Source of the DNA: a virus
IMG/VR virus record: IMGVR_UViG_3300008117_000010
Span: 1-64,000 of that record
Length of the DNA: 64,000 nt
Direction: 5' to 3' (one strand)
Below, one piece after another: positions 1 to 8,241 of this stretch. The position numbers and the translations under genes are program-made. The notes below the pieces were generated by a model, which was not told the origin of the DNA, made no database searches, and was given only the letters and a program-made list of their open reading frames with translations. The stretch's first letter is position 1. The number at the start of each line of letters is the position of its first letter.

Positions 1-218
1 CATTTAGCACCTTCAATAAAACCATCTCTATCACCAACATAATAATCATGTGCATCTCTTGGGACATAAGGTGCTGCCATCTCTATCTCTTCATCACTTG
101 GTAGTTCTATTGGTGTTACATATTCATCTATGTATTTCATAATATGTTTAGCATCTATCATTGATACCTCACATTTTTCTGCTGCTGTTAAAAACATTTC
201 TTTAGTGTATAGTTTCAT
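1..218 (-). CDS. Hypothetical phage protein (3' end outside window)
   Basis: Reading frame MKLYTKEMFLTAAEKCEVS...LPSDEEIE...GFIEGAK runs from ATG at 218 off the window start; not in the supplied ORF track. Confidence 0.6.
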   Translation of the reverse strand, partial: MKLYTKEMFLTAAEKCEVSMIDAKHIMKYIDEYVTPIELPSDEEIEMAAPYVPRDAHDYYVGDRDGFIEGAK

Positions 219-224
219 ATTCTA

Positions 225-767
225 TTAGATTACATTTCTTAATACATTAACATATTCTTCATAACATCTAGGTTCATATGCTTCAGTACCACCAACTTGA
301 ATCTCCGATGATTTATCGGTAGTTGCCATAGTGTAGTAAGCATCTTTCCCTGTTATAGGACACACTGCAGGACACACTTCTATCTTAGTAGCATAAGGAA
401 ACATTATCATTGGTTCTTCAAATGCTTTACCTTCAGAAGATAACTGTATGGTACTTACATATATATCATACCCCTGACTAAACAAGTTAATTAAAACTTT
501 AGCACAACCAGGTATCATAAATGCTTCATCTACAGCTATGATTTCAGCACCTTTTGATGCCTCAATCATTTCTTGACCAGTAGATACATTTATAGCATCC
601 CATGCTGCACCACAGTGTGTTTTAACTTCAGCATCAGCATATCTAGTATCTAATAAAGGTTTAAACAAGACTATCTTTTTCTTCTGATATCTTGCTCTTT
701 CTAATGCGGCTAACATTCTAGATGTCTTGCCACCAAACATAGGACCGGTGTAAATAGTAAAGGTCAT
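225..767 (-). CDS. tdk: Thymidine kinase
   Basis: GPMFGGKT Walker A, FKPxxDTRY, VDEAF Walker B and QVGGTEAYEPRC C-terminal motif of type II thymidine kinases. Confidence 0.95.
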   Translation of the reverse strand: MTFTIYTGPMFGGKTSRMLAALERARYQKKKIVLFKPLLDTRYADAEVKTHCGAAWDAINVSTGQEMIEASKGAEIIAVDEAFMIPGCAKVLINLFSQGYDIYVSTIQLSSEGKAFEEPMIMFPYATKIEVCPAVCPITGKDAYYTMATTDKSSEIQVGGTEAYEPRCYEEYVNVLRNVI

Positions 768-770
768 AAG

Positions 771-831
771 AACTACATTATAGACTCGAACTATATTCCA
801 AAGGCTTCATCCATACAAAGCTTATGTAGTT
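771..831 (-). ncRNA. tRNA-like RNA lacking the anticodon arm
   Basis: Minus strand: acceptor (A)ACTACAT/ATGTAGT(T), D-arm GCTT-TGTATGGATG-AAGC, 8-nt linker CTTTGGAA, T-arm TATAG-TTCGAGT-CTATA. Confidence 0.6.
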
Positions 832-864
832 ACAAAACACACAAAACAAAACTAAAAAAAATTG

Positions 865-948
865 TACCACTGACTGGAGTCGAACCAGCACGAACATTCT
901 GTTCAAAGGATTTTAAGTCCTTCGTGTCTACCATTCCACCACAGTGGC
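865..948 (-). tRNA. tRNA-Leu (anticodon UAA), CCA not encoded
   Basis: GCCACTG/CAGTGGT acceptor, D-loop TGGTA, AAGGA-CTTAAAA-TCCTT anticodon arm, long variable arm, GCTGG-TTCGACT-CCAGT T-arm. Confidence 0.95.
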
Positions 949-954
949 GCCTAT

Positions 955-2061
955 TTAGCTTACTACATTAATAAATTCATTGATCTGAACATACTTAATT
1001 TTAGAAGGATCAAAAGGCTCTAAAGAGTTCTTAACCCATTCTTCATCAATAGTATTCTCATAACAAAGAATATGTGCAGTAGCTTGGTCATTTGGATTTA
1101 ATCTTAATAATCTACCCAATCTTTGTGCAAACTTACGTTCATTACCATAAGCATGCATAATGATTCCATGTTTTAAATTTGGAATGTTTACACCTTCATT
1201 TAGTTGTAACACACATGAAAGTTTATCTATCCTTCCAGATTTAAACATATCTAAGTTACTTTCTGAATGTTCATTACCACTATGATAACTATATTCACAT
1301 AACTTGTCAGCTTGTTCTTGAGTATTACAAAATAAAATACATTTATCTTGAATCTTATTTAGTAATCTCATTGCATACCTTTCTTTACTTGGAAAAACTT
1401 GCATTGCTTTCATTCTCATAACTCTAGTAGTCATTGACTCTTTACGAGAATATGCTCCATCAATTCGATTTGTCCAATACTCATAAGACTTCATCTCTGT
1501 TGTCTTAAAGTTTTTATTTTTTGAATTAACCACAAATAGGGTCTGATTATCCAAAGGTAACATATGAACAAAGATGCGATAGTCATTGAGGATATTATCA
1601 CTAATAGCAGTATCAGTAATATACTGATAGTGAATTGGACAATATTTAGAAACCATCTCATATTTTTCACTTTTCTTTTTAATTGGTGGTGTACCAGTCA
1701 ATCCAAGTATTCTACCACTGAATTTACTTAACCAATTATCATGTGAATATAAGAGATTATGACATTCATCCAAATAAACTATGTTATAATTAGTATCTTT
1801 TTTCTTTAAAGAAAGATACGTAGTAAAGGTTATCTTGTTTAAGATATGAGAATACCCATGTTTAGCAGCATCCTCTTCCCAAGATTTAATAATTGATTTC
1901 TTTGGAACAACAACTAAATATTGAGAATTACTTGTATCAAAATAATCCGCATGCTTTAATGCAAGTAATGTCTTACCAACACCCATAGAAATACCAACAC
2001 CACATCTATAGTGCTGGATAATTTCTTTTAAGGCTTCGTCTTGTATGGCACTTCTATCCAT
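955..2061 (-). CDS. Superfamily 2 (DExH) helicase
   Basis: GVGKT, DECH, LTGT, LNEGVNIP and QRLGRLLR helicase motifs I, II, III, V and VI. Confidence 0.9.
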   Translation of the reverse strand: MDRSAIQDEALKEIIQHYRCGVGISMGVGKTLLALKHADYFDTSNSQYLVVVPKKSIIKSWEEDAAKHGYSHILNKITFTTYLSLKKKDTNYNIVYLDECHNLLYSHDNWLSKFSGRILGLTGTPPIKKKSEKYEMVSKYCPIHYQYITDTAISDNILNDYRIFVHMLPLDNQTLFVVNSKNKNFKTTEMKSYEYWTNRIDGAYSRKESMTTRVMRMKAMQVFPSKERYAMRLLNKIQDKCILFCNTQEQADKLCEYSYHSGNEHSESNLDMFKSGRIDKLSCVLQLNEGVNIPNLKHGIIMHAYGNERKFAQRLGRLLRLNPNDQATAHILCYENTIDEEWVKNSLEPFDPSKIKYVQINEFINVVS

Positions 2062-2357
2062 AAATTTTTACAGTCTTCTTTACTTAATGATACAGTATGA
2101 TATAGAGGCTTATATTCCATATTATCAACTTTATAATATTTATAAATGGAAAGATTAGCTTCTTCAGGAACTCTGTTATGTCCTAGTGCTTTAATTTTTG
2201 TAACTATATTTTCTACGTATTCAAAATCTAAAGTACCATGTAAAATTATATCATTAATTTTATGTTTAATAATAATATTTTCTGGTTGTTTATAAATTAA
2301 TTCAGCCTCAACTAAATAACCAATTTGATGACCAATAAATTGTTTCATTTTTCCCAT
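2028..2357 (-). CDS. Hypothetical protein
   Basis: ORF tightly packed in the minus-strand operon. Confidence 0.7.
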   Translation of the reverse strand: MGKMKQFIGHQIGYLVEAELIYKQPENIIIKHKINDIILHGTLDFEYVENIVTKIKALGHNRVPEEANLSIYKYYKVDNMEYKPLYHTVSLSKEDCKNLWIEVPYKTKP

Positions 2358-2638
2358 TACATTTTAGATTTTCTAAGTCCTAATTCTGTTGCTGCAATTG
2401 GATATGTCTCAATCCAATTATGACAAGATCTACATACACCAATCCAATCAGATACATCATTTAAATCATCACCCATTCTTCCTTTAATGTGGTGAATATC
2501 TGTTGCAATTATTGTACACTTAAACACTTTAGCCTTACAATAAGGATGATCTTGAAGATAAAGAAGGCGGAGTTTATTATACTCCGCCTCTTGTTTACTT
2601 CTTTTCTTCGACCGTTTTTTCAAAGGCGTTCGTTTCAT
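2357..2638 (-). CDS. Small HNH-type nuclease-like protein
   Basis: C-x6-C, DIHH, and CRSCH Zn-binding HNH signature after a basic N-terminus. Confidence 0.75.
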   Translation of the reverse strand: MKRTPLKKRSKKRSKQEAEYNKLRLLYLQDHPYCKAKVFKCTIIATDIHHIKGRMGDDLNDVSDWIGVCRSCHNWIETYPIAATELGLRKSKM

Positions 2639-2979
2639 ACAGAAAAGTCATTGTCATTTGGATCTATAGATGTTTGAAATAATTCTTCAACATCATTATA
2701 GAGTTTAGGAAAACTGTCTTTAATAAGTCCAGTTACCTCATCCAATTTCTTATTGATCTCTTTTATGTACTTGAACCTTATTGAATCTTCAATCTCTTTA
2801 ACTTCTTCTTCAGTTAAAGATTTAAATGATTCAATATAACTGTTATCAGGTAACGCCAATCGATTTGAAACACCTTGATTTTCAATCACTTGTTGGTAAG
2901 TTTTTAAAACATCTTTCATTATAAATGAAATAAAAACCAATTCCGTATTTTTTAGTTTTGCAAAGTTTGATTTACTCAT
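2635..2979 (-). CDS. Hypothetical protein
   Basis: 4-nt overlaps with both neighbours. Confidence 0.7.
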   Translation of the reverse strand: MSKSNFAKLKNTELVFISFIMKDVLKTYQQVIENQGVSNRLALPDNSYIESFKSLTEEEVKEIEDSIRFKYIKEINKKLDEVTGLIKDSFPKLYNDVEELFQTSIDPNDNDFSV

Positions 2980-3416
2980 AAGGCATAAAAGTTTTTTGGT
3001 AACATATTCTTCTCTATAAACAAAGATACAATATCTTGTTTACTTATATTTAATTCAGAGAAAGACAATGTACAAAAAAACTTTTTATCAGGCTCAAAAT
3101 TATTAAGCTCTTTTATAAACGGACTTCTAGGAAATAGTTGTGATAAAAATCCACCAACATATTGCGTTAGCTTTTCCTGTTTATAAATATTAATAATCCT
3201 TTGAGCTTTAGCATACTTTGTTTTAATATCAACTAGTTCTTTTTGAGTCATCTTCTGAAGCTCTTCGGAACTATATGCTTTATATCCAAACACTAATTGC
3301 TTATACAATAAGTTTTGGTAGGGAGTAAAGACATCCTGCTCATACTCCATAACATCTTGTCCAAAATAAAGTTGTTTTTGGGCAAGCTTTCCTTGGTAAT
3401 TTACATTTTGATACAT
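2976..3416 (-). CDS. Hypothetical protein
   Basis: Operon-packed ORF downstream of a terminator. Confidence 0.7.
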   Translation of the reverse strand: MYQNVNYQGKLAQKQLYFGQDVMEYEQDVFTPYQNLLYKQLVFGYKAYSSEELQKMTQKELVDIKTKYAKAQRIINIYKQEKLTQYVGGFLSQLFPRSPFIKELNNFEPDKKFFCTLSFSELNISKQDIVSLFIEKNMLPKNFYAL

Positions 3417-3428
3417 AAGATTAAATTA

Positions 3429-3453
3429 AAAAGGGGGAATAAATCCCCCTTTT
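3429..3453 (-). terminator. Intrinsic terminator (possibly bidirectional)
   Basis: AAAAGGGGGA-ATAAA-TCCCCCTTTT hairpin with flanking A/T tracts. Confidence 0.7.
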
Positions 3454-3471
3454 GTTAGACATACATAATGA

Positions 3472-3924
3472 TCATAGATCAAAACTCTCTTCTTCAATAC
3501 GCGCTTTCGGTAGTGGAGATTGAGCATTACGAATTTGTTCAGTATTAGTATGCTGAACATAAACGTCTTGATCTTCAACAGTATTATATACTGTTATACG
3601 ATAAATAGGTTGGTTGTCCTTCATACATATAACACCTGTGTCACCTGCATACTTAAGGTCACGCTCGGCATTATCATTACGAAATGGTACAACGGATTCT
3701 TTAACATAAATGTTACCTGGTAATTCCATACCATTAACAAATCCTAAAGAACGCAGTTCTTCAGTTGAACCCTGGATCAAAGCAGAAACATTCTTCTTTT
3801 TAATCCAATTATCTACAAACATTACACGTGTTTGTTCTACCCGAATAGATGCAAATTCTGGGTTGTTCTCACTTGGCACAACAACTTGCCCGTTGCGTGC
3901 GGCTACTTTAACTTTTGTGTTCAT
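3472..3924 (-). CDS. Putative single-stranded DNA-binding protein
   Basis: Beta-rich core with acidic-aromatic tail EEESFDL, own terminator, replication-region context; family inferred. Confidence 0.45.
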   Translation of the reverse strand: MNTKVKVAARNGQVVVPSENNPEFASIRVEQTRVMFVDNWIKKKNVSALIQGSTEELRSLGFVNGMELPGNIYVKESVVPFRNDNAERDLKYAGDTGVICMKDNQPIYRITVYNTVEDQDVYVQHTNTEQIRNAQSPLPKARIEEESFDL

Positions 3925-3929
3925 AAAAT

Positions 3930-4190
3930 TTAAATTATATCTGTATTTAATTCAATGGGATCATCATCATCCCCATATTCTTCAGGAAAATAAGTCCTAA
4001 AAAATTCCTCTGGATCATATTCAGAATTTTCAAGTTGATCCAGTAACTCTATATTAGATAAATAAAAAGGAGAATTAACATACATACCAATATCATATGA
4101 CAATAATAACTGTATAGACTCTTGATCCATATTTAATATATCATCAAGGTCTATATCTATTACTTTGCCATTTGGAAGTTGATATAACAT
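3930..4190 (-). CDS. Acidic hypothetical protein
   Basis: MLYQLPNGKVI start; D/E-rich; promoter-like element just upstream. Confidence 0.7.
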   Translation of the reverse strand: MLYQLPNGKVIDIDLDDILNMDQESIQLLLSYDIGMYVNSPFYLSNIELLDQLENSEYDPEEFFRTYFPEEYGDDDDPIELNTDII

Positions 4191-4194
4191 TAAT

Positions 4195-4202
4195 CAAATA
4201 TA
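4195..4202 (-). promoter_or_regulatory. Bacteroidota-type -7 promoter element TATATTTG (probably leaderless mRNA)
   Basis: Matches TAnnTTTG; ATG at 4190 follows after only 4 nt. Confidence 0.45.
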
Positions 4203-4220
4203 CAGGAATGCCTTAATAAA

Positions 4221-4427
4221 TTAAGACGAGTAAGTAATTAAATATAAGATTATAGCTATCAATGAAATTATACCTAATACAGATACTGTCATAAGTATTT
4301 CAGTATATTTTTTGTTCTTTTTTTGAATTGCCATTATCTCATGATCTATTTCACTTTTCATACGATCAATTCGTTTTTGAAAAGTACTCATATACACAGG
4401 TCGTTTATCTCTAGAATCTTCCATCAC
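4221..4427 (-). CDS. Small membrane-anchored protein
   Basis: C-terminal hydrophobic helix ILMTVSVLGIISLIAIILYLI. Confidence 0.6.
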   Translation of the reverse strand: MMEDSRDKRPVYMSTFQKRIDRMKSEIDHEIMAIQKKNKKYTEILMTVSVLGIISLIAIILYLITYSS

Positions 4428-4585
4428 ATAAATAGTTGTTTATAAAACCAAATCAACATTCCTAAAGCTATAAACCCTAATACTATATCACCTGCTACAA
4501 TTACTAAACCTATTATAACATTTTTATGATCATCCTTGTTTTGATCTTTCATATTTATTACTTTCGTTTAATTAAAGATAATAAA

Positions 4586-5605
4586 ATGCTTAATAGAAAA
4601 ACAAATCGTTACAGATTAAAACCAGAAGAAGTAGAACTTATTGATCATTATAGAGGAATTAAAGACGCTTGTGATACCGCTGATGTTGATATTAAAAATG
4701 TATCCCACGGTTGGTTAAAAACTAAAGACGCCAGTTTATTTTTTAGAAATCCCTCGGTTGATCTTAATCAATTAAAGAAAGAATTAATTGAAGAATTAAA
4801 GAACTATTCCCCTGCCTATCCAAATATTAAACGTAAACAATTAACTAATTCCCACTTATTAGTTGTTGATCCTGCGGATGTACACATAGGAAAGCTATCC
4901 TCTTCATTTGAAACAGGAGAATCATATGATTCACAAATAGCAGTTAAGCGTGTACTCGAAGGTGTTCAAGGTTTAATAAATCAATCTGCTGGTTTTAACA
5001 TTAACCAAATTGTTTTTGTAATTGGTAATGATATACTACATGTTGATACTCCAAAGTCAAGTACTACAGCAGGAACTATACAAGACACACATGGAATGTG
5101 GTATGATAATTTCCTGATTGGTAAAAAACTATATGTAGATATTATAGAAATGCTAATGCAAATCGCTAATGTTCATGTAGTTTTTTGTCCATCTAATCAT
5201 GACTTTATGAGTGGATTCTTTTTAGCAGATACACTTGGAGCATGGTTTAGAAAATCAAAGAATGTAACCTTTGATATATCTATGCAACATCGTAAGTATT
5301 ATAGCTATGGAAATAATTGTATTGGTTTTACTCACGGTGACGGTGCAAAAACCCAGGACTTACCATTATTAATGGCTCAAGAAACCCATTACTGGTCTAA
5401 TCCCAAAAGGTATATATACACACACCACGTACATCATAAAACTTCAAAGGACTATGGTTCTGTATGTGTAGAATCACTTCGATCACCTTCTGCTGCAGAT
5501 AGTTGGCACCATAGAAATGGATATCAACATGCACCAAAGGCAATCGAAGCTTTTCTACATCATCCATTACACGGACAAACAGTAAGACTTACTCATTACT
5601 TTTGA
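4586..5605 (+). CDS. Calcineurin-like metallophosphoesterase (start probably MLNRK at 4586)
   Basis: DVHIG, GNDILH, SNHD, THGD and HHVHH metallophosphoesterase motifs; only long plus-strand gene in the left arm. Confidence 0.85.
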   Translation: MLNRKTNRYRLKPEEVELIDHYRGIKDACDTADVDIKNVSHGWLKTKDASLFFRNPSVDLNQLKKELIEELKNYSPAYPNIKRKQLTNSHLLVVDPADVHIGKLSSSFETGESYDSQIAVKRVLEGVQGLINQSAGFNINQIVFVIGNDILHVDTPKSSTTAGTIQDTHGMWYDNFLIGKKLYVDIIEMLMQIANVHVVFCPSNHDFMSGFFLADTLGAWFRKSKNVTFDISMQHRKYYSYGNNCIGFTHGDGAKTQDLPLLMAQETHYWSNPKRYIYTHHVHHKTSKDYGSVCVESLRSPSAADSWHHRNGYQHAPKAIEAFLHHPLHGQTVRLTHYF

Positions 5606-5889
5606 AAACTGATAACAATATTCACGTTTCCAACTTTAAATGAGATAGAATCTGCGTCTTGATTTACCTGATTAAAGACTCTTTGAACTTTAAAGTCATC
5701 AGTTAAAGACACAGCATTCTCCATTTGTTTTTTAAATTGTCTTTGCTTTTGGTAGATAGCACCATCAGTTCTACTCGGTAACAAGTTACGCAGAGTAGAA
5801 ATCTTTTTGTTAATGTTCTTTCGAAGGATTTCGTTCTCTCGTTCAGTCCAATAAACGATTCCTCGGTTTACATAATAAGAAGTTTCCAT
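5596..5889 (-). CDS. Myb/SANT-like HTH DNA-binding protein
   Basis: WTERENEILR...LPSRTDGAIYQK resembles the Myb repeat pattern WTxEExxxL...RTxxAI. Confidence 0.6.
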   Translation of the reverse strand: METSYYVNRGIVYWTERENEILRKNINKKISTLRNLLPSRTDGAIYQKQRQFKKQMENAVSLTDDFKVQRVFNQVNQDADSISFKVGNVNIVISFQK

Positions 5890-5937
5890 AATTAGAGTAT
5901 TATACTTTATATAAAAAGACTTTGTACTTCCTAAAAA

Positions 5938-6177
5938 TTACCATGAACTAACATTGGTTATGCAAAAATCTTCTCCTGCATTTGCATCCCACCATTTGTC
6001 TTGGTCAATACAAAAGGTTTTCCTATTACCAGAACAATCGTTTTCGATTTCAATCCAGTAACAATTAGTGGCAATATCCACTCCATCATTTGTAATTCTA
6101 CCACAATTACAATTCTCTTCCTCTTTTTTACAGGATACTAAAAAGAGGACGGTACAAAAAATAATAAACTTATTCAT
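5938..6177 (-). CDS. Cys-rich lipoprotein (start MNKFII at 6177)
   Basis: Signal peptide with lipobox LVS-C followed by KKEEE. Confidence 0.7.
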   Translation of the reverse strand: MNKFIIFCTVLFLVSCKKEEENCNCGRITNDGVDIATNCYWIEIENDCSGNRKTFCIDQDKWWDANAGEDFCITNVSSW

Positions 6178-6217
6178 TCTTATTGGTTTTAATTTAAAAG
6201 ATAAAATCTGATAGTCT

Positions 6218-6451
6218 TTATAGACTATCAGATTCAAAATCGAAGAACTCAATATCATCCGAATACGAATTATAATTACCCGGATCGATAGTATATAATA
6301 AGTCATCCAAATAGTCTTCATCAAACATAACTGAATCACTTAAAATAATGTGAGCCAATACATTATACATCTCGGCTGTTGACCACAAGTCAAGGTTATG
6401 ATCTTTTTTTACTAGATACTCTAGTGCTAACTGTTTACTGTAAGATTTCAT
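6218..6451 (-). CDS. Acidic hypothetical protein
   Basis: ORF with acidic-aromatic C-terminus. Confidence 0.6.
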   Translation of the reverse strand: MKSYSKQLALEYLVKKDHNLDLWSTAEMYNVLAHIILSDSVMFDEDYLDDLLYTIDPGNYNSYSDDIEFFDFESDSL

Positions 6452-6477
6452 AGACTTTATTATTACTTATTAATTGA

Positions 6478-6954
6478 TTACTTGTTACGAAAGACAATAG
6501 ATATTCTAAAGTTTTTAGAATCTAATCGGTGTTGCCATTTAAGACGGTGTTCTTCAGTCATACACATTAAAGAGTATTGAGGTAATAAAACATTCATTAC
6601 CTCTTGCTCTAATTTCATTTGTAAAACTTCAGAAGACATCAGACTAATGATAGTAATCTGCGGACCTAAACGGGGACTATCTATATGCCAGCCAATATAT
6701 TGCCCAGGCTTATAGACATTAATAGATACTTGATTAAAATCGAGAATTATATTATCCTCTAATTTAATTCCTTGAAAGGGTAAAAATAATTCAGGTATTT
6801 CAAAAGATACATGGTTATCAGATAAGCCATCTTGAGAACCATATCTTAATATCATACCTCTTGTTGATCCATTTTTAATACTCTCAAAAGGTATTAAATT
6901 TAGAACAGCATCTTCAAAACTTTTATCAACAAAGTTTTCAATTACTTTTATCAT
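6478..6954 (-). CDS. AlkB-like 2OG-Fe(II) oxygenase
   Basis: NxY...IGWHID (HxD), distal H (WQH) and RISIVFR 2-oxoglutarate-binding motif. Confidence 0.85.
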   Translation of the reverse strand: MIKVIENFVDKSFEDAVLNLIPFESIKNGSTRGMILRYGSQDGLSDNHVSFEIPELFLPFQGIKLEDNIILDFNQVSINVYKPGQYIGWHIDSPRLGPQITIISLMSSEVLQMKLEQEVMNVLLPQYSLMCMTEEHRLKWQHRLDSKNFRISIVFRNK

Positions 6955-7057
6955 AAAGTTTTTTAAGTACCTCTACATTCGATTGCTTAATTGCGTTTCT
7001 TTTCAACCAATTAATTCGATTCGGTTTCGGTCCTAACTCTTTTCTCTTACGGCCCAT
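6938..7057 (-). CDS. Small basic protein (39 aa)
   Basis: MGRKRKELGPKPNRINWLKRNAIKQSNVEVLKKLYDKSN; overlaps the AlkB-like start. Confidence 0.45.
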   Translation of the reverse strand: MGRKRKELGPKPNRINWLKRNAIKQSNVEVLKKLYDKSN

Positions 7058-7132
7058 GTTATTATCTTTCTATTAAGATAACGATTACCATTTAGAGAAC
7101 AAAACAAAATAGAAAAAATGTAAATAGATTTT

Positions 7133-7231
7133 ATCCCTCTGCACTCAGTTGTACCTGTAAGTTTGATACCTCATGGGTATTACATGGTTAGTTCCTACAA
7201 CTGCTCACCCTTGGGAAGTGAGAATGGTGCA
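7133..7231 (-). ncRNA. Three-way-junction RNA element, copy A (42-nt core)
   Basis: TGCAC-CATT-CTCAC..GTGAG-CAGTTGTA-[core]-TACAACTG-AGTGCAGAGG on the minus strand. Confidence 0.65.
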
Positions 7232-7431
7232 TTAATCCGGTCCTTAAGGCATATGGACCAAAGCCTGCATTGACTACTGAGCTATGCTAACGCCAGCAAC
7301 TTACTGGATATTTACCTGGTTAAAGGAAAGGTAACAATACTATATTAATTCCTTTGGATTTAGTTGTAATAATTACCACATTGTCCTTTTTGATTAGACC
7401 GTTGTATTCGTTTCGGGATTATTACAACTAC

Positions 7432-7677
7432 TTATCCAAAGTTCAGTTCATCAAATCTGTCATCGTCTTCATCAGACATGAAAGACTCATTAAATTCATT
7501 AGCCATATCACCATTAAGTTGAAATTCAACTTTAGGTTTAGCTTGTAATTGTTGCAATACTTTTTCGCGATTACTAATAATCATTTTAAGAGTATTGCGG
7601 AGATGATTAATATCCATATCATCAACGGATATTAACTTACCATTACGCATTTTCCAATAAACAATATTATCTTCCAT
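7432..7677 (-). CDS. Hypothetical phage protein
   Basis: WKMRNGKLISVDDMDINHLRN; lies between RNA elements A and B. Confidence 0.75.
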   Translation of the reverse strand: MEDNIVYWKMRNGKLISVDDMDINHLRNTLKMIISNREKVLQQLQAKPKVEFQLNGDMANEFNESFMSDEDDDRFDELNFG

Positions 7678-7704
7678 AAGAGTATCATTTTAATAATATA
7701 AATT

Positions 7705-7913
7705 ATTTCTCTGCACACAGTTGTAATAGTATATTAGTGACGCTCTTGTCCTTAATACCTTGCTCTCAAAACACAACTATGTTGATTAACATACAACCTC
7801 AAGCCCAATATGGCATAGTCAGGTTTACATAGTACTTAATGTGGAGGCTTACTAGTAAGATAAGTCTAATCTTACTATTACAACTGCTCACCCGAAGGTT
7901 AGTGCAAAGAAAT
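7705..7913 (-). ncRNA. Three-way-junction RNA element, copy B (143-nt core)
   Basis: 12-bp outer stem with a G.U pair, ACC-TTCG-GGT side hairpin, 13-bp CAGTTGTAATAGT/ACTATTACAACTG stem. Confidence 0.7.
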
Positions 7914-7919
7914 ACGCTA

Positions 7920-8235
7920 ATATCAAGTGGATAATCACTATCAATCAACTAATCTGTGGTTGCTGAACAGACTTAAACAGCAGTAGATTTTACAGTTCTA
8001 CTCAACTGACCACACTAGGCATCATAAATTTAATAATGAATTATCTCATTATTGACCAAGATTTATTTAGCCTAAACACCTTTCGGTGTTAAATGTGTGG
8101 TGATTTCTTACATTTTTACCCATAAGACGGTCAAATCTTATGAGTGTAAGTCATCAATAAAGATACATAAAATTGGATGTGTTAAAACTCAAAACATCGT
8201 GTTTTAAGTTACCTTGGATTACCTAGGTTATTGTT
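7920..8235 (-). ncRNA. Multi-hairpin non-coding RNA candidate
   Basis: No ORF of 60 aa or more; nested inverted repeats (CACAC/GTGTG, TAGGC/GCCTA, AATAATGA/TCATTATT, AACACC-GAAA-GGTGTT on minus, CATAAGA/TCTTATG). Confidence 0.5.
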
Positions 8236-8241
8236 AGAATA

